A stretch of DNA of 64,000 nt, taken from the NCBI GenBank assembly GCA_027593235.1, contig JAQCIU010000016.1, positions 1-64,000 of the forward strand. The letters are read 5' to 3'. This document shows positions 30,667 through 41,204 of this stretch, piece after piece. Each line of letters opens with the position of its first letter. Position 1 is the first letter of the stretch. The translations under genes were made by a program, and so were the position numbers. This DNA is from Chloroflexota bacterium. GTDB taxonomy: Bacteria; Chloroflexota; Dehalococcoidia; UBA2979. The notes beneath the pieces were generated by a model. The model worked only from the letters and a program-made list of their open reading frames with translations. It ran no database searches and was not told the origin of the DNA.

Positions 30667-31650
30667 CTAGCCGGCGCTACTGGACTGCGACGTGATGCTG
30701 TCGGGCAGCGGCGTCAGCAGTCGAGCGGGCACGATGCGGTCGATGAAGGCGATGCAGTGGGTCATGTACTCGCGCGGGTGCTCCGGGTAGTAGCAGCAGT
30801 GGCCGTTGTGATCGTGGAGCGCCCAGATTTCGTGGCGATCGTTGAGCGATGCGGCGGCGAGGTTGAGCGCGTGCGACTCCGGGACCTCGTGATCGGCTTG
30901 AGCGTGGATGAAGAGGATCGGGACGGCGATCTGGTCGACCACCTCGATCGGCGCGAGCGAGTAGGGATCGGCGTCGAAGAGCCGACGGGCGAACCAGCAG
31001 GAGGCGTTGAAGAGGTGTTCGGGGAGGCGTGGGTGCTCGTAGCGGAGCAGGTCGCGCATCGAGGCGACCGGAGAGTCGGCGATGACGCCGGCGACCTCGG
31101 GAACCCCGGGCGTCGCCTCGAGGGCGAGCGCGGCGCCGAAGCCGAAGCCATGCAGCACCATCGGCAGCTGGCCGACGCGCCGGCGCACGTAGGCGATGGC
31201 GGCACGCATATCGAGCTGTTCGGTGGTGCCGAGGTGGTCACGCCGTCCGGCGGATTCGCCACGACCGCGGAGGTCGAACGCGAAGACATTGAAGCCGCGC
31301 CGGACGTAGTCGGCCTGGAGTTGGAGCAGCCCGTGATCGGCATCGGCACGCGTGCCGTGGCGATCGTGGATCAGGATCACGGTCGCGCGGGCGCCGGGGG
31401 ATTCGAGAAACCAGCCATTGAGGGTGATCTGATCGACCGTGAGGAACTGGACGTCCTGAAATCGCAGGCCAAGATCGCCCGGCGTTCCCTGGACACGGCG
31501 CCATTTCGAGCGCGTGTACACGTCCGCAAAGAAGATCGCGATGCTGACGTAGCCAACGATGGCCACCACGAGCACCGCGAGTGCAACAACAACGATCACG
31601 GCCGCCACCCGCCGCCTAAGAGGAGGACCCCGCCCGGGGACTCTGAGCAA
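30667..31650 (-). CDS. membrane-anchored alpha/beta hydrolase-fold protein (start uncertain; nucleophile Ser absent)
   Basis: N-terminal TM; LNGWF, FDLRGRGES, HGFGFG, IADSP, PILFIH...D, H. Confidence 0.8.
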   Translation of the reverse strand: MLRVPGRGPPLRRRVAAVIVVVALAVLVVAIVGYVSIAIFFADVYTRSKWRRVQGTPGDLGLRFQDVQFLTVDQITLNGWFLESPGARATVILIHDRHGTRADADHGLLQLQADYVRRGFNVFAFDLRGRGESAGRRDHLGTTEQLDMRAAIAYVRRRVGQLPMVLHGFGFGAALALEATPGVPEVAGVIADSPVASMRDLLRYEHPRLPEHLFNASCWFARRLFDADPYSLAPIEVVDQIAVPILFIHAQADHEVPESHALNLAAASLNDRHEIWALHDHNGHCCYYPEHPREYMTHCIAFIDRIVPARLLTPLPDSITSQSSSAG

Positions 31651-31706
31651 CGTAGCAGCGCGCTATCGGACGTAGCAACCGGGTTGTTCCCGAAGCGTGA
31701 TATCGC

Positions 31707-32525
31707 TCACAAACGCTGACAGCCGGGACAATAGTGGGTCCCACGCCCGCCGAGGCGGAGCTTCCGAATGATCGATCTACAGCGATCGCAGGGTTCACCC
31801 TCACGGCGGAACACGTGAACCCTGACGCGGTGCAATCCCTCGCCGCCGAGGCCATCGAGGTAGTCCGAAAAACTGGTGCCGCCATCGGCGAGCGACCGTT
31901 CGAGGGCTTCGATCACGGCAGCGTGGAGGCGGGTGACGCGACGCGGACCAAGGGAGTTGGCGGGGGCACGCGGGTCGATACCGGCGATGTAGCAGGCCTC
32001 ATCGGCGTAGATGTTGCCGACGCCGGCGGCGACCTTCTGATCGAGCAGCGCGGACTTGACGGCGACCGAGCGCCGCGCGAGCTGTTTGCGGAGCCAGGGG
32101 GCGGTGAACTCCGGCGAGAGCGCGTCCGGGCCGACGTTCGGCATCGCGTCGCGCTGATCCTCGACGAGGTGCCAGGTGCCGAACTTCCGGAGGTCGTTGA
32201 AGCGGAGGACGGTGCCGTCCTCGAAGGTGACGCGGCCGCGCTCGTAGCGGTGCGGTGCGTCGCTGGCCGCGACCACGAGCGAGCCGCTCATCCGCAGGTG
32301 CAGCACCCAGGTGCGGCCGTCATCGAGGCGGGCGAGCAGGTACTTGCCGTGCCGATCGAGCGCCTCGATGGTGCGCCCGGTGAGCGCGGTTTCGAGGTCA
32401 CGCGGGGCGTGGGTGATCGCGAGACGCTCGGCGCCGGGGTGGATCGCTACGGACGCGATCCTGCGACCGAGGATCGCCGGCGCGAGCTGTTTGCGGGTGG
32501 TCTCGACCTCGGGAAGTTCGGGCAT
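31707..32525 (-). CDS. mutM: formamidopyrimidine-DNA glycosylase
   Basis: MPELPEVET, HLRMSG, AGVGNIYADE, C-terminal CDRC/CPGC Zn finger. Confidence 0.97.
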   Translation of the reverse strand: MPELPEVETTRKQLAPAILGRRIASVAIHPGAERLAITHAPRDLETALTGRTIEALDRHGKYLLARLDDGRTWVLHLRMSGSLVVAASDAPHRYERGRVTFEDGTVLRFNDLRKFGTWHLVEDQRDAMPNVGPDALSPEFTAPWLRKQLARRSVAVKSALLDQKVAAGVGNIYADEACYIAGIDPRAPANSLGPRRVTRLHAAVIEALERSLADGGTSFSDYLDGLGGEGLHRVRVHVFRREGEPCDRCRSIIRKLRLGGRGTHYCPGCQRL

Positions 32526-32565
32526 CAGCGGGAAGGGTGCGACAGCGCGCGCGGGGCCGCCGCGA

Positions 32566-35436
32566 TCATTCGAAGTCGCCCCAGGAGGTGCCGAGCTTCT
32601 CGTCGAGGTCGAGCGGGACGGCGAGTTCGATCGAGGGCATGAGGCGCCGGGCGACCTCGCGGACGTCGTCCAACTCGGCGCGGGGCAGTTCGAAAATCAG
32701 TTCGTCGTGCACCTGCAGAACCATGCGGGCGAGCATGCCACCCTCGCGCCGCGCGATCAGCTCGCGATCGATGTTGTTCATCGCGATCTTGATGATGTCG
32801 GAGGCGGTGCCCTGGATCGGCATGTTGATCGCGATGCGCTCCGCGGCCTGGCGGATGTTGCGGTTGCCGGAATAGAGGTCCGGGATCGGACGACGGCGGC
32901 CGGTCAGCGTCTCCGCGTAGCCGCGCTTGCGGGTCTCCTCGACGGTTCGCTCGCGCCACTCCTGAACCTTCGGATAGGCCTCGAAGTAGGCGTCGATGAA
33001 GGCGTTGGCCTCGTCGAAGTCGACGCCCTCGCGCTGGGAGAGCCCGAAGGCGGTGAGCCCGTAGAGGACACCGAAGTTGAAGACCTTCGCGCGGCGCCGC
33101 ATGTCCGGCGTGATATCGGCGAGGTCGACGTGGAAGACGTTGGCCGCGGTGGCTGCGTGGATGTCGAGACCGCGATCGAAGGCATCGCGGAGGCCGTCGT
33201 CGCCAGCGACGTGAGCAAGGACGCGCAGTTCGATCTGCGAGTAGTCGATCGAGAAGAGGATCGGATCCTCGCCGCAGTCGCGGGCAATGAAGGCGCGGCG
33301 CACCTCCTGGCCCAGTTCCGTGCGGACCGGGATGTTCTGTAGGTTCGGGTCGTTCGAGGAGAGCCGGCCGGTCGCCGCGGTCGACTGCGAGAAGATCGTG
33401 TGCACGCGGTTGGTGCGCGGGTTCACCTGAAGCGGCAGCGAGTCGACGTAGGTCGACTTGATCTTGGTCAGTTCGCGCCAGGTGAGGACCGCGTTGATGA
33501 CCGGGTGCGCCTCGCGCAGCGCGCCGAGCGCGTCGGCGTCGGTGGTGTAGCCGGTCTTCGTCTTGCGGGTGTGCGGAAGCTCCAGCTCCTCGAACAGCAC
33601 CTGCGAGAGTTCCTGCGGCGACCCCAGCTTGAACTCGTGGCCGACGGCCGCGTACGACTCGCGCTCGGCCTGGGCGATGCGCTCGACGAGGTCGACCGAC
33701 AGCCTCGCGAGCACCGAGGTATCGAGGGCGACGCCGAACTGTTCCATCCGCGCGAGCACCGGGATGTGCGGGAGATCGATGTCGTTGAACACCGATTCGA
33801 GGTTGCTCTCCTTGAGTTGCTCGGCGAGCACCGCCTCGAGGCGGACGACGTAGTCCGCGTTGCTGGCGGCGTAGCGGGTGACGTCCTCGACCGATGCATC
33901 CGCGAACGGGATCGCCTTGCGCCCGGTGCCGAGGAAGTCCTTCGGCTCGACGGTTTCTGCGCCGAGGCGGTCGAACGCGAGCTTCTGAAGCGTCATGTTC
34001 AGGTCGCCAAGCAGGTAGGCGGCGACCTGGGTATCGAAGTCGACCGAGTGCGCCCAGGTACCTCCGTCGGTCCCGGCAAGCGCGAGCAATGCGAACTTGA
34101 CGTCGTGACCGATGCGCTTGAGCGCCGGGTCTTCGAGGAGCGGGCGCAGGGCCTCGAGGACGGCCGCTCGCGGGAGCTGCTCGGTGGCGGCTTGCGGCTC
34201 CTCGACCGGCTCGAGCAGCGACTGCTGTTGTTCCTCGGCGGCGGGATCGCGGTGGCCGAACGGCACGTACCAGGCGTGCTCGGCTTCGCAGGAGAGCGCG
34301 ACCCCGACAAGGCTGTCCGCGGCGCGGATCGGGTGCGCGTCGTCCGCGATCACCTCGATCGAGAAGCGGCCGGCCTTGCGGATCGCCTTCACCATCGCCG
34401 CGAGCTGCGCGGGCTGCGTGACGGCCTCGTAGTTTCCGGCGGCGGCGAGACCGACGACAGGCTCCGTCGTGGCGCTGCGGGTCGACTCCGGGAGCCGGTT
34501 CATCAGCGAGCGGAACTCCAGTTCCTGGAAGAGCTTGAGCACGCGCTCGCGGTCGTAGTCCTGCAGCAGCGCACCGTCGAGCGAGAGTTCGAGGTCGGGC
34601 ACCTCGGTGACGATGGTCGCCAGCTCCTTCGAGAGCTTCGCCTCATCGAGGCCGGCGACCAGCGCCTTCTGCGCGCGCGGCGGCTTCAGCTCATCGATGT
34701 GCTCGATCATCGCCTCGAGCGAGCCCCACTCCTCGATGAGGGCCTTCGCGCCCTTTTCGCCGATGCCCTTCACGCCGGGGATGTTGTCGGAGGTGTCGCC
34801 GACGAGGGCCTTGTAATCGATCATCTGGCGCGGCTCGAAGCCGAAGCGCTCGCGCACGGCCTCCTCGTCATACATGACGTAGTCACGCTGATAGAGGCGG
34901 TACATGTAGACGCGGACGTGTGGCTCGACGAGCTGCACGATGTCATTGTCGAGCGTGACGATGATGGTGTCGATGCCCTGCGCCGCAGCCTGGCGCGCGA
35001 AGGTGCCGAGGATGTCGTCGGCCTCGTAGCCCGGACGCTCGACGAGCGGGATGTGGAACGCGTCCAGCAGCTCGCGGACGCGATCAAACTGGGGGACGAG
35101 TTCCTCGGGCGTGGCTTCGCGGTTCGCCTTGTAGCGCTCGTCGGTCTGCTTGCGGAAGGTCTCAGACGACGCGTCCCAGGCGGCGATCACGTGCGTCGGC
35201 TGTAGATCGTTGAAGACGGTGAGCAGGCTGTTCGCGTAGCCGAAGACGGCGGCGACCGGCTCGCCGGTGCGGCGCACTGTGAGCACGTCGCGGAGCGCGT
35301 AGTACGAGCGAAAGATGATGCCGTGCGAGTCGAGGATGACGAGAAGCGGCTTGCGCGCGACCTCCTCGGATCCGGCGCCGTTGGTGGCATCGGTGGTCGC
35401 GGGGTCGACGGTTGCGGTGGCTTTCGGGGGTGTCAC
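32566..35436 (-). CDS. polA: DNA polymerase I
   Basis: 5'-3' exonuclease EADD and GDTSDNIPGVKGIG; ATGRLSSNDPNLQNIP, DYSQIELR, NFGVLYG, QVHDEL. Confidence 0.97.
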   Translation of the reverse strand: MTPPKATATVDPATTDATNGAGSEEVARKPLLVILDSHGIIFRSYYALRDVLTVRRTGEPVAAVFGYANSLLTVFNDLQPTHVIAAWDASSETFRKQTDERYKANREATPEELVPQFDRVRELLDAFHIPLVERPGYEADDILGTFARQAAAQGIDTIIVTLDNDIVQLVEPHVRVYMYRLYQRDYVMYDEEAVRERFGFEPRQMIDYKALVGDTSDNIPGVKGIGEKGAKALIEEWGSLEAMIEHIDELKPPRAQKALVAGLDEAKLSKELATIVTEVPDLELSLDGALLQDYDRERVLKLFQELEFRSLMNRLPESTRSATTEPVVGLAAAGNYEAVTQPAQLAAMVKAIRKAGRFSIEVIADDAHPIRAADSLVGVALSCEAEHAWYVPFGHRDPAAEEQQQSLLEPVEEPQAATEQLPRAAVLEALRPLLEDPALKRIGHDVKFALLALAGTDGGTWAHSVDFDTQVAAYLLGDLNMTLQKLAFDRLGAETVEPKDFLGTGRKAIPFADASVEDVTRYAASNADYVVRLEAVLAEQLKESNLESVFNDIDLPHIPVLARMEQFGVALDTSVLARLSVDLVERIAQAERESYAAVGHEFKLGSPQELSQVLFEELELPHTRKTKTGYTTDADALGALREAHPVINAVLTWRELTKIKSTYVDSLPLQVNPRTNRVHTIFSQSTAATGRLSSNDPNLQNIPVRTELGQEVRRAFIARDCGEDPILFSIDYSQIELRVLAHVAGDDGLRDAFDRGLDIHAATAANVFHVDLADITPDMRRRAKVFNFGVLYGLTAFGLSQREGVDFDEANAFIDAYFEAYPKVQEWRERTVEETRKRGYAETLTGRRRPIPDLYSGNRNIRQAAERIAINMPIQGTASDIIKIAMNNIDRELIARREGGMLARMVLQVHDELIFELPRAELDDVREVARRLMPSIELAVPLDLDEKLGTSWGDFE

Positions 35437-35542
35437 CCGCGAAGTATAGCGGTCCGCGTGTCACCGGCCTCCAGCCGGGGACACGGGCGCGGCGGCCACG
35501 TTTGATCGTGTGCGAGCGGGTCGCGCCCGTACACTGCGCCGG

Positions 35543-38500
35543 ATGACGCGGTACCGCTCGCTGCCAATTCTCGCGATCCGTCGCATGGCCGGGAATTGGC
35601 GCCTGTTGTCGAGCGTCGTGCTGGGCACGATGGTCGCCGGCGCGATCCTGTCCGCGACCGTGATCTATGCGGACGCGATTCGCGACCTGGGTCTGAAGTT
35701 CGCGATCGAGCGGCTCGACCCGACCCAGCTCGACATCAAGGTGCTGCGCAGCACGCAGACGGCGCGCCCTGACGGATATCAACGCGCCGAGGATCGCGTC
35801 GGCCAGGCGGCGGCGGCGGCGCTGGGCCCCGCGGCGGGCGGGTTGGTACGGCAGGGCACGAGCGCGACGTTCTATCCCGTCCCCACCGGCGGGCGACCGG
35901 ATCTGGATGACGACAAGCGACCACGCGGAAACTTCGTCTTCCGATCGGACCTCGAGTCGTTCGTGCACGTGGTGGCTGGCGAGATGCCCGCGGTCATGAC
36001 GCCGGGCGCCGAGGGGCCGCTGCTGGCAGCGATCGGCGCGCATACCGCGGAGCTGAACGGGATCGCACTGGGCGACGAGTTGGACATGTTCCCGTTCTGG
36101 GACGACGAAGCGCCACCGGTCCCGGTGCTGATCGTCGGCATCCTCGAACCGAACGACATCACCGATCGCTACTGGGCAGGCGACGAGAACGCGTTCGATG
36201 CGCCGTCGCGGACCTGGGAGACCGTCTTCCTGCACGTCCCGGAGAGCACGTTCTTCGGCGTGCTGGCCGATCGTTTCCCGGAGCTGGTGGCGGACTACGA
36301 CAGCTTCTTCGAGGTGAACCTCGACGCGCTGGATGCGCGGAACGCGGCGTCGGTGGCGAACGGCGTCGCGGGCCTCAATTCAGTGATCGCACAGACCGAG
36401 GAGCGCGCGCGGACGCTGACCGAGCTGACGCCGGTGCTGCGGACCTTCGACGAGAAGCTGTTCTTCACGCGGATCCCGCTGTTCGTGCTGCTGCTGCAGA
36501 TCGGCGGGATCGTAGCCTACTACCTCGTCATGGTGAGCACGATGCTGACGGAGCGGCAAACCGCGGAGATCGCGACGCTGCGATCGAGGGGTGCGACGAC
36601 CGGACAGTTGCTCACGCAGTACGGGGTCGAGGGCGTGCTACTGGCGGCAATCGCGGTGATCACCGGGCCGCCACTGGCGGCGCTGGTGATCTCCGCGCTG
36701 GGGCCGACGCCGGCGTTCTCCGCGCTCTCCGACGGGGGGCCGCTGGACGTGCGGCTGTCGGGGCAAGCGTACGCGCTGGCAGGCGTTGGCGCGCTGATCG
36801 CGTTCGCCGCGCTCGTGATCCCGGCGTGGCTGGCGACGCGGCGGACGGTGGTGGAGTTCAAGCGCGCGACGGCGCGACCACGGGCGACACCCGCGTTCCT
36901 GCGCTATTACCTCGATGTCGCATTGGTGCTGCTGGTGGCGCTCGTGTTCTGGCGGCTGTCGCAGCAGGACCAGCTCTTCACGGAGACCCTGTTCGGCGAG
37001 ACGCAGGCCGATCCGTTCCTGCTGGCGACGCCCGCGGTCTTCATGGTGACCGTGGGGATCGTGTTCCTCCGGCTCTTCCCGCTGGTGTTGCGGGTGGTGT
37101 CGTGGCTGGTCGGTTGGACCAGCAGCGTCGCGGCCGTGGTGAGCCTGCGCTCGCTGGTACGGAACCCGACGCACTACACCCGGCTGGTCTTGCTGCTGAT
37201 GTTCGCGACCGGCGTGGGCATGTTTGGCGCGACGTTCTCGGAGACGCTCGATCGGTCGTACCAGGAACGGGCGGACTACGTGACCGGCGGGGACGTGCGC
37301 GCGGGAAACCTGCGCGCGCTCTCCGCGGTTGGATCGCCAGTGTTCCTGGAGCAGGTCGAGAGCGTGCCCGCGGACGGGGTACTGCCGGTACTGCGGGCCG
37401 GCGCGTCGGTCGATCTCCTCGGGCGATTCGAACGGGTCGAGGTGCTCGGGATCGATCCGACCCGGTTCGCGGACGTGGCGTTCTGGCGCGACGACTTCGC
37501 CGACGTACCGTTGGCCGAAATCCTGGCAACGCTGGAGGCGAACGAGCCCCCACCGCGGCTGGGCGTCGAGCTTCCCGCCGGGGCGACGCAGATCGGGGTC
37601 TGGCTGAAGGCGATCGACATCAGCGGCGGGTTCAACGTGACCGTGGTGTTGCGGGACGCGAACGGGGTGCCGGGCGAGTTCAACATTGGCGATCTCCGCC
37701 CGAGTGGTGACGTCGCGTCCGAGTGGCGTTTCTTCAGCGGCACGATCGTCGAGCAGACGGGGCGGTTCGGACGCCCGTTGAATCGCGAGCCGTTGGTGGA
37801 GCCGTTGAGCTTCGAGGCGGTCTATATCGGCACGTCGAGCCGGATCGCGGCGTCCGGGGGAAGCATCCTCGTCGGCCCGCTGTACACCTCGAACGAGCCA
37901 ACGGTCGGGATTGCCAGCGGATCGGCGGACGAGCCGTTCGCCGACGCGGTGGTCGTGGCGGACCTCACGGACCCGCGGTTCGAGGCGATCGACGGCTACC
38001 TGACGAACGGTGGCGGCGGGAGCCTGCTGGCGAGCAACGACGCGCCGCCGGGCCTCGAACGATCCGCGCGGGTGCAGTGGGCAAGCGCGGGGCGCGCCGC
38101 GCCGATCCAGGGGATCCGCGAGCGGGTAGATCGGACCCCGGTGCAGGTCTACCTCTCTCGCGAACTGGCGACGAAGTTGGAGCTGGAGATCGGCGAGGCG
38201 TTCGATCTGTCCGCGTTCTCGCGCTTCCACCGCGCGGTGTTCGCCGGCACGTTCGATCTGTTCCCAACGTACCGCCCCGACGAGGGCGCGCTGCCGCTGG
38301 CGCTGGTGAACGCGAACCGGTTGCTGCAGAGCGCGGTCGGCGCCCAGGCCGATCGGTCGGCCGGCTATAACGAGGTCTGGTACCGCACCGAGGATCCGGA
38401 AGCGACGATCCTGGCGGTGAGCGCGTTCGATCCGGCGAAGGTGGTCGATGCGCAGGCGGAGCTGCTCCTGCAGCAGGAGGACCCGCTGGTCGCCGCGGGC

Positions 38501-38923
38501 TGGGCCGGGATCCTCGCGATCTCGTTCGGCGCGGTGCTGCTCCTTTCGGCGATCGGGTTCATCGTCTACTCCTACCTGACCGCTCAGCAGCGCGGGCTGG
38601 AGTTCGCGATCCTGCGGACGCTGGGGTTCTCCCGCGTGCAGGTGTTCTCGGTGGTGATGGTGGAGCAGGCGTTCGTGATCGTCGCCGGCATGGGGCTCGG
38701 GACGGTGGTCGGGTTGCAGATCGGCCGGTTGATGATGGACTTCCTCGCGACGGACGAACTCGGGCGCGCGGTGGTCCCACCGTTCCTGCTCGCGGTCTCA
38801 TGGCCGCAGGTGTTCATCGTCTGGTCGATCCTCGGCGTGGTGTTCATGGTGACGATCGCTGCGGTCGTGCTGTTGTACCTTCGGCTGGCGGTGCACCGCG
38901 CGCTGCGGATCGGCGACGCGTGA
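35543..38923 (+). CDS. large FtsX/MacB-like ABC permease with two extracytoplasmic domains
   Basis: EIATLRSRGAT and EFAILRTLGFS FtsX motifs; multiple TM clusters. Confidence 0.88.
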   Translation: MTRYRSLPILAIRRMAGNWRLLSSVVLGTMVAGAILSATVIYADAIRDLGLKFAIERLDPTQLDIKVLRSTQTARPDGYQRAEDRVGQAAAAALGPAAGGLVRQGTSATFYPVPTGGRPDLDDDKRPRGNFVFRSDLESFVHVVAGEMPAVMTPGAEGPLLAAIGAHTAELNGIALGDELDMFPFWDDEAPPVPVLIVGILEPNDITDRYWAGDENAFDAPSRTWETVFLHVPESTFFGVLADRFPELVADYDSFFEVNLDALDARNAASVANGVAGLNSVIAQTEERARTLTELTPVLRTFDEKLFFTRIPLFVLLLQIGGIVAYYLVMVSTMLTERQTAEIATLRSRGATTGQLLTQYGVEGVLLAAIAVITGPPLAALVISALGPTPAFSALSDGGPLDVRLSGQAYALAGVGALIAFAALVIPAWLATRRTVVEFKRATARPRATPAFLRYYLDVALVLLVALVFWRLSQQDQLFTETLFGETQADPFLLATPAVFMVTVGIVFLRLFPLVLRVVSWLVGWTSSVAAVVSLRSLVRNPTHYTRLVLLLMFATGVGMFGATFSETLDRSYQERADYVTGGDVRAGNLRALSAVGSPVFLEQVESVPADGVLPVLRAGASVDLLGRFERVEVLGIDPTRFADVAFWRDDFADVPLAEILATLEANEPPPRLGVELPAGATQIGVWLKAIDISGGFNVTVVLRDANGVPGEFNIGDLRPSGDVASEWRFFSGTIVEQTGRFGRPLNREPLVEPLSFEAVYIGTSSRIAASGGSILVGPLYTSNEPTVGIASGSADEPFADAVVVADLTDPRFEAIDGYLTNGGGGSLLASNDAPPGLERSARVQWASAGRAAPIQGIRERVDRTPVQVYLSRELATKLELEIGEAFDLSAFSRFHRAVFAGTFDLFPTYRPDEGALPLALVNANRLLQSAVGAQADRSAGYNEVWYRTEDPEATILAVSAFDPAKVVDAQAELLLQQEDPLVAAGWAGILAISFGAVLLLSAIGFIVYSYLTAQQRGLEFAILRTLGFSRVQVFSVVMVEQAFVIVAGMGLGTVVGLQIGRLMMDFLATDELGRAVVPPFLLAVSWPQVFIVWSILGVVFMVTIAAVVLLYLRLAVHRALRIGDA

Positions 38924-38957
38924 ACGGCCGGCGACGGGCGTGCAGAGAGTGGTGCGC

Positions 38958-39872
38958 ATGGCCTCGATGACCGCGAGCGATTCGCCGTATATCCACTGCG
39001 AAGACCTGTTCAAGATCTACAAGACCGAAGAGCTGGAAGTCGTCGCGCTGCGCGGCCTCGATCTGCGCGTCGCTGCCGGCGAGATGATGGCGATCGTGGG
39101 CGCGTCCGGGTCCGGCAAGTCGACGTTGCTCAACATCCTCTCCGGGCTCGATCAGCCGTCGGCGGGGCGCATCACCGTGGGCAAGCGCGATCTGCTGACC
39201 GTGACCGACGACGATCTGGTGGACTACCGCCGCGCCGAGGTGGGCTTCGTCTGGCAGCAGACCGGCCGCAACCTGATCCCCTACCTCAACGCGCGGGAGA
39301 ACATCGAGGTCCCGATGATCCTCGAGGGCCGGTCGCGCAAGGCGGCGCGCGAGCGTGCCGAGTACCTCCTCGATGAGGTCGGACTGGCCGAGAAGGCGCG
39401 GCGGAAGCCGAACGAGCTGTCGGGCGGTGAGCAGCAGCGTGTGGCGATCGGCGTGGCGCTGGCGAACAACCCGCCGCTGCTGCTGGCCGATGAGCCGACC
39501 GGCGAGTTGGATAGCGCGACCGCCGACGAGGTCTTCCAGGTCTTTCGACGGTTGAACGAGGCGACCGGCGTGACGATCGTGATCGTGACGCATGACCGCG
39601 AGATCACCAGCCGCGTCGATCGGGTGGTCGCGATGCGCGACGGGCGCACCAGCACCGAGATCGTGCACTACGTGCAGTTCGCCCGCGGCGAGGGCGAGGT
39701 GACCGAGGAGTTCGCCGTCGTCGATCGCTCCGGTCGGTTGCAGATTCCTCGGGAGTACCTGGACGAACTGGGGATCGACCGCCGGGCGCGCGTGGAGATC
39801 GATCGCGATCACGTGGAGATTCGCCCGGAGAAGCCGAAGGGCGACGACCAGCCTCGATGGAAGCGCTCATGA
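38958..39872 (+). CDS. LolD/MacB-type ABC ATPase with C-terminal AbrB-like extension
   Basis: GASGSGKST, LSGGEQQRV, LADEPTGELD; tail VVDRSGRLQIPREY. Confidence 0.92.
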   Translation: MASMTASDSPYIHCEDLFKIYKTEELEVVALRGLDLRVAAGEMMAIVGASGSGKSTLLNILSGLDQPSAGRITVGKRDLLTVTDDDLVDYRRAEVGFVWQQTGRNLIPYLNARENIEVPMILEGRSRKAARERAEYLLDEVGLAEKARRKPNELSGGEQQRVAIGVALANNPPLLLADEPTGELDSATADEVFQVFRRLNEATGVTIVIVTHDREITSRVDRVVAMRDGRTSTEIVHYVQFARGEGEVTEEFAVVDRSGRLQIPREYLDELGIDRRARVEIDRDHVEIRPEKPKGDDQPRWKRS

Positions 39873-40633
39873 CAACCACTGCCGGACCGATGATCGAGGT
39901 GCGCGGCGTCAACCGCGCGTTCCACACGGCGGGGACGACGGTCCAAGCGGTGCGCGACGTGTCGTTCGACGTCGGGCGAGGCGAGTTTCTGGCGATCATC
40001 GGGCGATCCGGGTCGGGTAAGACGACGCTGCTGAACCTGATCGCCGGCCTCGATAAGCCGGACAGCGGCGAGGTGCTGGTCAACGGCGCCGACATCACCC
40101 GCTACGGCGATCGCGAGATGACGCAGTTCAGGCGGCACACGATCGGGTTCGTGTTCCAGTCGTTCGGCCTGCTGCCGCTGCTGTCCGCCGCCGAGAACGT
40201 GGAGCTGGCGCTGCGCATCGCGGGGGCCGGGCTGCGCGAGCGCGGGCGACGGACGGACGAGCTGCTGCAGCAGGTCGGCCTGTCACACCGCTCCGGCCAC
40301 CGCCCGTACGAGCTGTCCGGCGGTGAGCAGCAACGGGTGGCGGTGGCGCGGGCGCTGGCGAACGAGCCGCCGTTGCTGATCGCCGATGAGCCAACCGGTG
40401 AACTGGACTCGACGACCGGCGCCCAGATCTTCCAACTACTGCGGGACGTGGCCGCCTCCGGAGTGACCGTGGTGACGGCGACCCACGATCCGTTCGTAAT
40501 CGAACACGTCGACCGCGTCGTCGAGATGGCGGACGGGTCGGTGACCGCGGCAGCCGCCACCCCGCGCGCCTCGCTGGCGACCACGACGCCACGGCGCGGG
40601 ACTCCGCCAAGGCGGCCATTCGCGGGGCGCTGA
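39869..40633 (+). CDS. LolD/MacB-type ABC ATPase
   Basis: GRSGSGKTT, LSGGEQQRV, IADEPTGELD; ATGA overlap with the upstream gene. Confidence 0.93.
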   Translation: MTTTAGPMIEVRGVNRAFHTAGTTVQAVRDVSFDVGRGEFLAIIGRSGSGKTTLLNLIAGLDKPDSGEVLVNGADITRYGDREMTQFRRHTIGFVFQSFGLLPLLSAAENVELALRIAGAGLRERGRRTDELLQQVGLSHRSGHRPYELSGGEQQRVAVARALANEPPLLIADEPTGELDSTTGAQIFQLLRDVAASGVTVVTATHDPFVIEHVDRVVEMADGSVTAAAATPRASLATTTPRRGTPPRRPFAGR

Positions 40634-40634
40634 G

Positions 40635-41204
40635 ATGCCGATCGTTCACACCATCGCAGCACGCTGGCGCCCCGAGGCGGATCCGAGCGCGATCGATCGC
40701 GCGATGGCGGCCGCGCGCGACCTCGCGGGTGCGCCCGGCGTCGAGGCCACGCACGCGGGCTGTTCCGCGTCGCACCTGGTGGCTGCGGTGTGGCTCCCGG
40801 AGGCGAGCGCGCTTGAGCCGTTCGCGGCCTCGGCGTTACACATGACGTTCGTGATGCGAGGATTGGCGCCGGTGGTCGCGGGCATGTGGAGCGTGTCGAT
40901 CAGTACCGACGAGGCGGCGCCCGCCCTCGTCGACCCCGTCGCGATCTGGGCGTTCGCGGTCCCCGAGGCCGAGGGGGTCTTCGAGTGGCAGATCCGACGG
41001 CAGCTCGAAGCGGTTCGCGCGCTACCGGGCCAGGCATGGGCGGGACCGACCGTCGAGGAGCGCGAACGCTATCGCGCCGGTGGCGTCGTGTTGTTGGGGC
41101 CTGACGAACTCGACAGTTTTGACGGGGCCGCGCGGACGGTCGCACTCGATACGCTGAACCTCGAGACTGCGTTTGCGCCGATCGAGGATGGGACGCCGCC
41201 GTGA
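40635..41204 (+). CDS. hypothetical protein, possibly dimeric alpha-beta barrel (Dabb-like) N-terminus
   Basis: IVHTIAARWR...LEPFAASALH pattern; coupled to both neighbours. Confidence 0.6.
   Translation: MPIVHTIAARWRPEADPSAIDRAMAAARDLAGAPGVEATHAGCSASHLVAAVWLPEASALEPFAASALHMTFVMRGLAPVVAGMWSVSISTDEAAPALVDPVAIWAFAVPEAEGVFEWQIRRQLEAVRALPGQAWAGPTVEERERYRAGGVVLLGPDELDSFDGAARTVALDTLNLETAFAPIEDGTPP

Noticed and set aside
33900-34450. Degenerate 3'-5' exonuclease motifs in PolA
   Set aside because: Loss of proofreading residues is common in PolA from many phyla.
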